DNA of 64,000 bases from Lachnospiraceae bacterium (GTDB lineage Bacteria; Bacillota; Clostridia; Lachnospirales; Lachnospiraceae): positions 14,412 through 78,411 of the forward strand of contig JAFPAQ010000143.1 of NCBI GenBank assembly GCA_017424235.1, read 5' to 3'. Shown in pieces: positions 40,409-49,184 of the stretch; within the stretch, counting starts at the first letter, position 1, and each line of letters starts with the position of its first letter. The position numbers and the translations under genes are program-made. Below the pieces are notes generated by a model. That model made no database searches. It had not been told where the DNA came from and saw only the letters and a list, made by a program, of their open reading frames with translations.

Positions 40409-40480
40409 TTGACAAATTAAAGAATTAGTGTAATAATGCTTTAAGAACATTGTTACCAAAAAGCGAAACAATGTTTTTAA
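40409..40480 (+). promoter_or_regulatory. Promoter plus operator-like inverted repeat of the TetR-Hpt gene
   Basis: TTGACA-17 nt-AATAAT (TG-extended); TTAAGAACATTGTT (40441-54) / AACAATGTTTTTAA (40467-80), 13/14 inverted match. Confidence 0.65.
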
Positions 40481-40511
40481 ATAATCCTTATATGTGTGAG
40501 AGGCAAGAGTT

Positions 40512-41462
40512 ATGATTTACAATAATGGGGAAAAGACAACTGAACAAATGCTTATAGATGATCCTGTTGGCAGGAAGATTTTGGATGCAGCAATATCAAT
40601 AATTGATCAGGAAGGTTATGAAAATCTGACAATTCGTAAAGTTGCAAAAGAAAGTGGCTGTTCAAATTCAGCAATCTATATGAGATTTGAGGATAAAGAT
40701 GCATTGGCAGGAGAGGTTGCAGCATTACATGCAAAACCTTTTTTGATGATGATGGATGATAATTATAATAAAGAAAAAGATTTTCTTACTAATATAAATA
40801 AGATAACAAAGGTGATGCTTGAAAAGGTTTTTACATTTAACAATGAAGCTGTTCATATGCAGGTAATGTACAGGGGAGGGCTTAAGCCACAGGAAAATCC
40901 TTTTGTTTTAAGACTTGAAGAATATTTGAAAACAGCTTCTCAGCGTGGAGAGGTTAATGTAAATAATACTTTGGACACAGCATATTTGCTATCTGCTTCG
41001 TTTTGGGGTCTTGCACAGATGGCAAGGGCAAATAAGCAATATGATTATAAAAATGCAGTTAAGCTTTTAGAAACCCAGAATGCTATGCTTTATTTGGGAA
41101 TAAAGGCAGAGACCAGCAGAGAAGATTCTCTTTGGAGTATGCTTAAAGAAAAAGGGGTTAATGTTGATAAAGCACTCGAAAGAATGAAGGGAAATAAGGA
41201 CGCTTACAAGAGTTTTCTTCAGGAATTTTTTGAAGATCCTGATTTTGAAAGTTTGGAAGAGGCAATAAGAGACGGTGATGCCAAGAATGCTTTTGATTAT
41301 GCACATGGTTTAAAAGGAATGGCAGCAAATCTTGGACTTGACAAAATACATGGTGAATTAAGTGTATTGGTTGAAATCCTGCGAAGAGGAAGTCTTGATG
41401 GAGCCAAGGAAGCTTATGATGCTGTAATGGAAGCATGTGACATGGTAACAATGTTGCTGTAA
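40512..41462 (+). CDS. TetR-family regulator fused to a C-terminal Hpt domain
   Basis: HTH ILDAA..EGYENLTIRKVAKESGCSNSAIYMRFEDKDAL; Hpt GVNVDKALERM...YAHGLKGMAANLGL. Confidence 0.85.
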   Translation: MIYNNGEKTTEQMLIDDPVGRKILDAAISIIDQEGYENLTIRKVAKESGCSNSAIYMRFEDKDALAGEVAALHAKPFLMMMDDNYNKEKDFLTNINKITKVMLEKVFTFNNEAVHMQVMYRGGLKPQENPFVLRLEEYLKTASQRGEVNVNNTLDTAYLLSASFWGLAQMARANKQYDYKNAVKLLETQNAMLYLGIKAETSREDSLWSMLKEKGVNVDKALERMKGNKDAYKSFLQEFFEDPDFESLEEAIRDGDAKNAFDYAHGLKGMAANLGLDKIHGELSVLVEILRRGSLDGAKEAYDAVMEACDMVTMLL

Positions 41463-41589
41463 TTATTGTAACTGTGAATGGTTACTGATTATTTTAGGAT
41501 TATATTAGTAGTAAGTTTGTGAATATGACATAAAAGGGCAAATATTTTTGACTTATTTGTAACAAGTTGCTCGGAAATGGAGAGTAAGT

Positions 41590-42000
41590 GTGAGAGACAG
41601 GAATAAAATACTTATAGTTGATGATAAGGGGATAAACAGATACATGCTGGGTGAGATATTTAAAGACCAGTATGAAATAATTGAAGCACCAGGTGGACAG
41701 GAAGCTCTTTATACAATTGATGAAGAGTATGATAATATTGCAGTAATGCTGTTGGATATCATAATGCCGGTGGTTGATGGATTTGGTGTCTTGGAATATA
41801 TGAAGGAGGAAGGCTATATTGACAAATTTCCAGTGGTAATTGTTACAGATGATTCTTCTGAAGAAACAAGTGTTAAAGCATTTGAATATAATGTGTCAGA
41901 TATGGTTATTAAACCTTTTGAGCCAAGAATAATAAAAAGACGAGTTCAGAATATTATTGAGTTATATGAATATAAAAGAAAATATGGAAATTATTTATAG
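41590..42000 (+). CDS. Stand-alone receiver (REC) domain protein
   Basis: ILIVDD, LLDIIMP (phospho-Asp), VIVT, KPF; no output domain; GTG start after ggagag. Confidence 0.9.
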   Translation: MRDRNKILIVDDKGINRYMLGEIFKDQYEIIEAPGGQEALYTIDEEYDNIAVMLLDIIMPVVDGFGVLEYMKEEGYIDKFPVVIVTDDSSEETSVKAFEYNVSDMVIKPFEPRIIKRRVQNIIELYEYKRKYGNYL

Positions 42001-42041
42001 AACAAAGGATATCGTTTGTGTGACGATATCCTTTGTTTTTT
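42001..42041 (+). terminator. Intrinsic terminator (sequence-related to the one at 57392)
   Basis: AACAAAGGATATCGT...ACGATATCCTTTGTT followed by TTTT. Confidence 0.85.
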
Positions 42042-42145
42042 GAAATAACGACATTGTAAACTTTATTGTTTGCAAATAATATGATAATATTAAAAATGAC
42101 AGAATAATAAAAATAACTGAATACGCAATGAAAGGAGAGATATAT

Positions 42146-43636
42146 ATGCTGGAAAAAATAGATTTAAACAAGAAGATGGACAAGCAGGAATATAAGGAAC
42201 AAATAAATTTACTGGGAGCAAAGATTTCTGTTTTGCAAAGAGAACTGAAAAGCTATGGTGTGCCTGTAATTGTAGTGTTTGAGGGATTTGGAGGAGCTGG
42301 AAAAGGAACACAAATCAATCGTTTGATACACACTCTTGATCCTAGAGGTTATGATGTTTATTCAATAGATTCTGAGACCAAAGAAGAGGCATTGCATCCA
42401 TTTTTGTGGAGATTTTGGACAAAGACTCCAGCTAACGGAAGAATAGCGGTTTTTGACAGAAGCTGGTACAGACGAGTATTAGTGGATAGATATGAGGGGA
42501 AAACTTCAAAAAATGATATATCATTAGCTTTTGAGGATATAAGTGTTTTTGAAAAGCAGCTGACTGATGGTGGAACTATGATTATAAAACTGTTTCTTGA
42601 TATATCAGCACATGAACAAAAAAACAGATTTAAAAAGCTTCTTAGTAAGAAAGCAACAAGCTGGAGAGTTACTGATAAGGATTTAGATAGAAATAAGCAT
42701 TTTGAAGAATATTTTGATATTGCCGACAAAATGCTCACTAAAACAGACTATGAGTTCGCACCATGGAATATAATTGAGGCTGAAGACGAAAAATATGCTA
42801 CTATAAAAATTTTATCAATTATTGCTTCTGCATTTGAAGAAAGAAGTAATCAGGAAAAACTTAAAAAGAAGGCAGAGGTTAATGGCAAATTTGATAAAAC
42901 AGATTTTAATAATAGTGTTTTAAATAGAATTGATCTGTCAAAGAAGCTTTCCAAGGAGGAGTACAGCGAAAGATTGTCTGAATTGAAAAAGAAGCTTAGA
43001 ATTCTGCACAGTAAGTTATATGCTGCGAGAATACCTGTAGTTCTTGCATTTGAGGGCTGGGATGCAGGAGGTAAAGGCGGTGCAATAAAACGTTTAACAG
43101 ATGCACTTGATCCAAGGGGATATACCGTTAATCCCACAAGTTCACCGAATGACATAGAACGGTCACATCACTATTTGTGGCGTTTTTGGAACAGAATGCC
43201 CAAAGATGGACATATAGCAATATTTGACAGAACCTGGTATGGAAGAGTAATGGTTGAACGTATAGAAGGTTTTTGTTCAACGCAGGAGTGGCAGCGAGCA
43301 TATAAAGAAATGAATCAGATGGAACAGCAGCTGGTTAATCATGGAGCCGTAGTTTTGAAATTCTGGCTTCACATTGATAAGGATGAACAGGCAAAACGTT
43401 TTAAAGACAGACAGGATAATCCTGAAAAGAACTGGAAGATAACTGATGAAGACTGGAGAAATCGTGATAAATGGGATCTTTATGAAAAAGCAGTAGATGA
43501 GATGCTTGTAAGGACATCAACATCAGATGCACCGTGGATAATTGTTGAGGGAAATGATAAGTATTATGCACGCATAAAAGTACTTGAAGCGGTTGTTGAG
43601 GCAATAGAGAAAAGAATATCATTAATAAAAGAATAG
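42146..43636 (+). CDS. ppk2: Two-domain polyphosphate kinase 2 (polyP:AMP phosphotransferase type)
   Basis: Duplicated PPK2 motifs FEGFGGAGKG / FEGWDAGGKG, LDPRG, FDRSWY / FDRTWY. Confidence 0.93.
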   Translation: MLEKIDLNKKMDKQEYKEQINLLGAKISVLQRELKSYGVPVIVVFEGFGGAGKGTQINRLIHTLDPRGYDVYSIDSETKEEALHPFLWRFWTKTPANGRIAVFDRSWYRRVLVDRYEGKTSKNDISLAFEDISVFEKQLTDGGTMIIKLFLDISAHEQKNRFKKLLSKKATSWRVTDKDLDRNKHFEEYFDIADKMLTKTDYEFAPWNIIEAEDEKYATIKILSIIASAFEERSNQEKLKKKAEVNGKFDKTDFNNSVLNRIDLSKKLSKEEYSERLSELKKKLRILHSKLYAARIPVVLAFEGWDAGGKGGAIKRLTDALDPRGYTVNPTSSPNDIERSHHYLWRFWNRMPKDGHIAIFDRTWYGRVMVERIEGFCSTQEWQRAYKEMNQMEQQLVNHGAVVLKFWLHIDKDEQAKRFKDRQDNPEKNWKITDEDWRNRDKWDLYEKAVDEMLVRTSTSDAPWIIVEGNDKYYARIKVLEAVVEAIEKRISLIKE

Positions 43637-43689
43637 CTTTGAAGATAATGACATATATTAAATTGAATAATTGTTTTTGCAGGAAATAT

Positions 43690-44973
43690 ATGAAAATTAC
43701 CAGAAAAGCTGTAATTGTTTTTGTAAGGGTATTTATTGGTATTGTATTAGTGGTTATAAATATTTTAGGAGATTTTACCAGAACTTGTGCACAGGAAACA
43801 CTAAGACTCTATTCAAAATCAGCTGTATTGATGGATGCAGAATCAGGTCGTGTATTGTATGAAAAGTGTGGATATGAGAAAATGCCGATGGCAAGTACGA
43901 CAAAGATAATGACATTAATAGTTACATTAGAAAATGCGAATTTAGAGGACACTGTTACAGTGTCCTCTTATGCGTCATCTATGCCGGATGTTCAGCTGAA
44001 TATAAGAGAAGGTGAAAAATACAGGCTTAATGATCTTTTGTATTCTCTTATGCTTGAATCCCATAATGATTCAGCAGTAGCTATTGCAGAGCATGTTGGA
44101 GGCAGTGTGGAAGGTTTTGCTGATATGATGAATAAAAAGGCTAGAGATATAGGTTGTAGCGATACATATTATATTACTCCCAATGGTCTTGATGCAATAA
44201 AACAAAATAATATTCATTCTACTACAGCAAGGGATTTGGCACTTGTAATGTCTTATTGTATTGCCAAGTCTTCGCAAAAGGAAAAGTTTCTTGAGATAAC
44301 AAGAACTCAAACCTATTCTTTTTGTGATATAGACAAAAAAAGAAATTTTTGCTGTACTAATCACAACGCATTTCTTAATATGATGGAGGGGGCACTTTCC
44401 GGTAAGACAGGATTTACTTCAAAAGCAGGATATTGCTATGTTGGAGCTTTGAAAAGAGATGGAAAAACTTTTGTAGTTGCCCTGCTTGCATGTGGATGGC
44501 CTAATCATAAGTCTTATAAATGGAGTGATACAAGGCAACTAATGGAATATGGAATTAGTAATTATGATTACTATAAATTTGATGATATAAGTCTTCCTGA
44601 AAATGTGCTAACGCCATTACAGGTTATGGGTTCAAAAGAATCAGTTTATGGGGAAAAAAGTTTTGTGAATATAATTATCAATGCATCAAGTGATAGGCAT
44701 GATAAAAAGGAAGGAATCTTATTGAAAAATGATGAACAAATTGAAGTTAAAATAGATAAGAAAAAAGTACTGCATGCACCGGTTCTGAAGGGAGACATTG
44801 TCGGAAAGATAGAATATAGGCTGAATGATGATATAATAAAAATAGAAAATCTTGTGACAGCTGATAACATTGAACAAATTGATTTTATATATTGTATGCA
44901 ATGTATTGTTAACAAATTTGTATTCCACAATAAAGACGGGGCTTCTGTGACGTTGGGAAGCACGATACAGTAA
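43690..44973 (+). CDS. Serine D-Ala-D-Ala carboxypeptidase (S11, DacB-like)
   Basis: MASTTK, SHND, TPNGL, GKTGFT. Confidence 0.92.
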   Translation: MKITRKAVIVFVRVFIGIVLVVINILGDFTRTCAQETLRLYSKSAVLMDAESGRVLYEKCGYEKMPMASTTKIMTLIVTLENANLEDTVTVSSYASSMPDVQLNIREGEKYRLNDLLYSLMLESHNDSAVAIAEHVGGSVEGFADMMNKKARDIGCSDTYYITPNGLDAIKQNNIHSTTARDLALVMSYCIAKSSQKEKFLEITRTQTYSFCDIDKKRNFCCTNHNAFLNMMEGALSGKTGFTSKAGYCYVGALKRDGKTFVVALLACGWPNHKSYKWSDTRQLMEYGISNYDYYKFDDISLPENVLTPLQVMGSKESVYGEKSFVNIIINASSDRHDKKEGILLKNDEQIEVKIDKKKVLHAPVLKGDIVGKIEYRLNDDIIKIENLVTADNIEQIDFIYCMQCIVNKFVFHNKDGASVTLGSTIQ

Positions 44974-45259
44974 GCCCTGTTCCTATTTCTACTATATATA
45001 ATTTTGGTATATTTTAAACTTTACTAAACGTTATTGGTATTGTCCCCTATCTATAAAAAATAGGATAAAATATGTAAATTTTACTATGCGTAAAGAATAA
45101 TATGTGTTATACTTACACTGACGCTATTTTCGTAAATTGTTATAATAATGAGAAAAAATATTTAACTTAATATCTTTTCATATTTTTATTAACAGTTTGA
45201 TGAAAATACGCTAAAATGTTCTTATTTAAAGTTATTTAATATAAAATGGAGGTCATAAA

Positions 45260-46693
45260 ATGAGTACTACTTCAAGTTTGGCAAGTAAGAGAATTGAATC
45301 ATTACTTGATGAAAGCAGTTTCGTTGAAATTGGAGCACTTGTTACAGCGAGAGCAACAGATTTTAATTTGAAACAGACTGAGACTCCTTCGGACGGTGTT
45401 GTAACCGGATACGGAGTTATCAATGGCAATCTTGTGTATGTGTATAGCCAGGATGCTTCCGTATTAAACGGTTCTGTTGGTGAAATGCATGCAAAGAAAA
45501 TCGCAAATCTTTATGACTTGGCTATGAAGACAGGAGCACCTGTTATTGGGCTTATTGATTCAGCTGGTCTTAGATTACAGGAGGCAACAGATGCATTAAA
45601 TGCTTTTGGAGAAATTTATCTTAAGCAGACAATAGCATCAGGTGTTATACCTCAGATTACAGCAGTTTTTGGTAATTGTGGTGGTGGTCTTGCAATCATT
45701 CCAACACTTACAGATTTTACATTTATGGAAGGAACAAAGGCAAAGCTTTTTGTGAATTCTCCAAATGCGCTTGATGGAAACTCAGCAGCAAAATGTGATA
45801 CAGCAGCAGCTGAATTCCAGAGTAAGGAAAGTGGTATTGTAGATGTTGTTGCTGATGAAGAGACAATTTTTGCAAAAATCAGAGAGCTCGTTACAATGCT
45901 TCCTGGAAATAATGAAGATGATGCTTCATATGATGAATGTACAGATGATCTTAACAGAGCATGTACAGATATTGTAAACTGTGTAGGAGATACATCTATT
46001 GCACTCTCAACCATAGCTGATAATAATATATTCTTTGAGGTTAAAGAAGGCTATGCAAAGGATATGGTTACCGGATTTATCAAGTTAAATGGAATTACAG
46101 TTGGATGTGTTGCAAACCGTACAGAAGTATATAATGCGGAAGGCGAAGTCGAAGAAAAATTTGATGCAGTTCTTTCAGTAAGAGGATGTGAGAAGGCAGC
46201 AGAATTTATCAATTTCTGCGATGCTTTTGGAATTCCTGTATTGTCTTTAACAAATGTTAAAGGATATAAGGCAACAATGTGCAGTGAGAGAAATATTGCA
46301 AGAGCAGTTGCAAAGCTTACTTATGCATTCGCAAATGCAACTGTTCCAAAGGTTAATGTTGTAATAGGTAAAGCATACGGTAGTGCATATGTTGCAATGA
46401 ATTCGAAAGCAATTGGTGCTGATATTACAATTGCATGGCCAGATGCAGAAATCGGATCTATGGATGCAAAGCTTGCTGCAAAGATTATGTATGATGGTCA
46501 GGGAGCTGATGTTATTAATGCAAAGGCTGCTGAGTATGCTGAACTTCAGACAAGCGCTGCAAGTGCTGCAAGAAGAGGATATGTAGATCAGATTATTGAA
46601 CCTGCTGATACAAGAAAATATGTAATCGGTGCTTTTGAGATGTTATTTACAAAGAGAGAGGACCGTCCTGCAAAGAAACATGGAACAGTTTAG
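45260..46693 (+). CDS. Acyl-CoA carboxyltransferase (methylmalonyl-CoA decarboxylase alpha / transcarboxylase 12S-like), divergent
   Basis: RIESLLDESSFVE, DGVVTGYG, DSAGLRLQE, SGVIPQI, FCDAFGIP, KKHG. Confidence 0.88.
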   Translation: MSTTSSLASKRIESLLDESSFVEIGALVTARATDFNLKQTETPSDGVVTGYGVINGNLVYVYSQDASVLNGSVGEMHAKKIANLYDLAMKTGAPVIGLIDSAGLRLQEATDALNAFGEIYLKQTIASGVIPQITAVFGNCGGGLAIIPTLTDFTFMEGTKAKLFVNSPNALDGNSAAKCDTAAAEFQSKESGIVDVVADEETIFAKIRELVTMLPGNNEDDASYDECTDDLNRACTDIVNCVGDTSIALSTIADNNIFFEVKEGYAKDMVTGFIKLNGITVGCVANRTEVYNAEGEVEEKFDAVLSVRGCEKAAEFINFCDAFGIPVLSLTNVKGYKATMCSERNIARAVAKLTYAFANATVPKVNVVIGKAYGSAYVAMNSKAIGADITIAWPDAEIGSMDAKLAAKIMYDGQGADVINAKAAEYAELQTSAASAARRGYVDQIIEPADTRKYVIGAFEMLFTKREDRPAKKHGTV

Positions 46694-46711
46694 GAAAGGG
46701 TGAACGTTAAT

Positions 46712-47542
46712 ATGACTAAATTCACAAAAAAGCTATTGAAAACAGTATTAATGCTTACCTGTGTTTTGAGCTTGACTGCATGCGGTAAAGACGAAAGCAT
46801 TAGTGATGTTCAACAGCAGAAACTTACAATGGCTGAAAGTAAAGCAGATGTTGTTATTGCGCTTACTGACCAGTTTGTTACTACTGGTGAAACAGAAAAA
46901 ATGTTAAGTGACTATAATAATGTAGAATTAGCAGCTCTTTACAGAAGTACATATTACGGCTTTACTCAGGATTCTTCATTTGAATGTGAAGGAAAGGCAG
47001 TAAGAAATGCATTTACTTCATTTGCTTCTGCTAAAGAAAGCTTGGGTGCTGTTACTGAGTTAGGTGATAAGAATACAAAGATCGATGGTGAAACTATTGT
47101 CATTACAGTTCCTGCAAAATGTGAAAATGGTAGTGGACAGATAGAGTTAATTTTTACAAATGATGTCTTTGCAAAGATGACTTCATGCACATTCAATGTT
47201 GATGAAACATTTGGAGAATTAATGGGTAGAGCAGGACTTAATACTTTACTTGGTATGGGTACAGTATTTGTAGTTCTTATACTTATCAGCTTTATTATCT
47301 CTATTTTTGGAATTATTCCAAAGATTCAGGAAAGTCTTGCTAAGAAGAATGAACCTGCAAAAGAAGAACCAGTAGTAGTAGAAGAAACTGCTGTAGTTGA
47401 GGAAGAAGATCTTTCTGATGATATGGAGCTTGTAGCTGTTATAGCAGCCGCAATTGCTGCATATGAAGGAGCTGCGAGCACAGAAGGATTCAGAGTAAGA
47501 AGCATTAAGAGAGCAAATTCCAACAAGTGGAAGAATGCTTAA
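46712..47542 (+). CDS. OadG/MmdD-family subunit with lipoprotein N-terminal extension
   Basis: Lipobox LTAC; C-terminal TLLGMGTVFVVLILI TM and ELVAVIAAAIAAY...FRVRSIKR. Confidence 0.85.
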   Translation: MTKFTKKLLKTVLMLTCVLSLTACGKDESISDVQQQKLTMAESKADVVIALTDQFVTTGETEKMLSDYNNVELAALYRSTYYGFTQDSSFECEGKAVRNAFTSFASAKESLGAVTELGDKNTKIDGETIVITVPAKCENGSGQIELIFTNDVFAKMTSCTFNVDETFGELMGRAGLNTLLGMGTVFVVLILISFIISIFGIIPKIQESLAKKNEPAKEEPVVVEETAVVEEEDLSDDMELVAVIAAAIAAYEGAASTEGFRVRSIKRANSNKWKNA

Positions 47543-47580
47543 TTGGTATTTTAGATTATCGTATTTAGGAGGAAACAATC

Positions 47581-47952
47581 ATGAAAAATTATACAATTAC
47601 CGTTAATGGCAACGTATATGATGTAGTAGTAGAAGAAGGAGCATCTACAGGTGCAGCACCAGTAGCAGCAGCTCCAAAGGCAGCACCAAAAGCAGCTCCA
47701 AAGGCAGCACCGGCACCAAAGGCTAGTGCAGGCGCCGGAAGCATTAAGGTTGAAGCAGGTGCAGCAGGTAAAGTATTCAAAATCGAAGCTAATGTTGGAC
47801 AGGCAGTCAAGAAGGGTGATGCAGTAGTAATTATTGAAGCTATGAAGATGGAAATCCCTGTAGTTGCTCCTCAGGATGGTACAGTAGCAAGCATTGATGT
47901 TGCAGTAGGTGATGCTGTTGAAGCAGGCGCTACACTCGCTACTTTGAACTAA
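47581..47952 (+). CDS. Biotin carboxyl carrier protein
   Basis: EAMKM biotinylation motif; Ala/Pro/Lys linker. Confidence 0.95.
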   Translation: MKNYTITVNGNVYDVVVEEGASTGAAPVAAAPKAAPKAAPKAAPAPKASAGAGSIKVEAGAAGKVFKIEANVGQAVKKGDAVVIIEAMKMEIPVVAPQDGTVASIDVAVGDAVEAGATLATLN

Positions 47953-48005
47953 TCATTAGTTCAGATGTTCCAATTTTTTGGAAAATATCATAGGAGGTCA
48001 ACAAA

Positions 48006-49154
48006 ATGCAATATATATTGGATACATTGAACAATCTGATACACCAGACAGCTTTTTTCAATATTACTGGTGGAAACCTTATCATGATTGTTGTCGCATG
48101 TGCATTTCTTTATCTTGCTATCGCAAAGCAGTATGAGCCGCTTTTATTGACACCGATAGCATTTGGTATGCTCCTGGTTAATATATATCCAGATATCATT
48201 GCACCTATTGGTGCTGATGGTACACCAGGTGGTTTACTTTATTATTTCTATCTTTTAGATGAGTGGGCAATTCTTCCCTCATTGATATTTATGGGTGTTG
48301 GAGCAATGACCGATTTTGGTCCATTGATTGCTAATCCTAAGAGTTTCTTGCTTGGTGCAGCTGCACAGTTTGGTATTTTTGCCGCTTACTTTGGAGCTAT
48401 TGCACTTGGCTTTAATGATAAGGCAGCAGCAGCTGTTTCTATCATTGGTGGTGCTGATGGTCCTACATCAATTTTCCTTGCCGGTAAGCTTGGACAGACC
48501 GGATTACTTGGACCTATTGCTGTTGCAGCATATTCATATATGTCATTAGTTCCAATCATACAACCGCCAATTATGAAAGCATTGACAACAGAAAAAGAAA
48601 GAAAAATTAAGATGGGACAGTTACGTCCGGTTACAAAGCTTGAGAAAATTCTTTTCCCAATCGTTGTTACAATTGTTGTATGTATGATTCTTCCTACAAC
48701 AGCTCCACTTGTTGGTATGTTGATGTTGGGAAATCTTTTCAGAGAGTCTGGTGTTGTAAGACAGCTTCAGGAGACAGCTTCAAACGCACTTATGTACATC
48801 GTAGTTATCTTACTTGGTACTTCAGTAGGTGCTACAACAAGTGCAGAAGCATTCTTGAATCTGGATACAATTAAGATTGTTATTTTAGGACTTTTAGCAT
48901 TCTGTTTTGGTACAGCAGCAGGTGTATTATTTGGAAAGATTATGTGTGTACTTACAAAAGGTAAGGTTAATCCACTTATTGGTTCAGCAGGTGTTTCTGC
49001 AGTTCCAATGGCAGCCAGAGTATCACAGAAGGTTGGTGCAGAGGCAGATCCTACAAACTTCCTGCTTATGCATGCTATGGGACCTAACGTTGCAGGTGTA
49101 ATTGGTACAGCTGTTGCAGCAGGTACATTCATGGCAATTTTCGGAGTATTTTAA
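48006..49154 (+). CDS. oadB: Na+-translocating decarboxylase beta subunit
   Basis: YEPLLL, GVGAMTDFGP, IIGGADGPT, AYSYM, GVSAVPMAARV, HAMGPNVAGVIG. Confidence 0.96.
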   Translation: MQYILDTLNNLIHQTAFFNITGGNLIMIVVACAFLYLAIAKQYEPLLLTPIAFGMLLVNIYPDIIAPIGADGTPGGLLYYFYLLDEWAILPSLIFMGVGAMTDFGPLIANPKSFLLGAAAQFGIFAAYFGAIALGFNDKAAAAVSIIGGADGPTSIFLAGKLGQTGLLGPIAVAAYSYMSLVPIIQPPIMKALTTEKERKIKMGQLRPVTKLEKILFPIVVTIVVCMILPTTAPLVGMLMLGNLFRESGVVRQLQETASNALMYIVVILLGTSVGATTSAEAFLNLDTIKIVILGLLAFCFGTAAGVLFGKIMCVLTKGKVNPLIGSAGVSAVPMAARVSQKVGAEADPTNFLLMHAMGPNVAGVIGTAVAAGTFMAIFGVF

Positions 49155-49184
49155 ATTTTTATTATTTTTTAGGAGGAAAAGGTA

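Noticed and set aside
41516-41535. Rex-like TTGTGAA half-site upstream of the REC gene
   Set aside because: Second half-site does not match; too weak in AT-rich DNA
44935-44990. GC-rich hairpin overlapping the end of the DacB-like gene
   Set aside because: Best explained as a terminator into which the ORF tail runs
47660-47725. Tandem GCAGC(T/A)CCAAA(G/A) repeats
   Set aside because: Encode the ordinary Ala-Ala-Pro-Lys linker of the biotin carrier; not CRISPR
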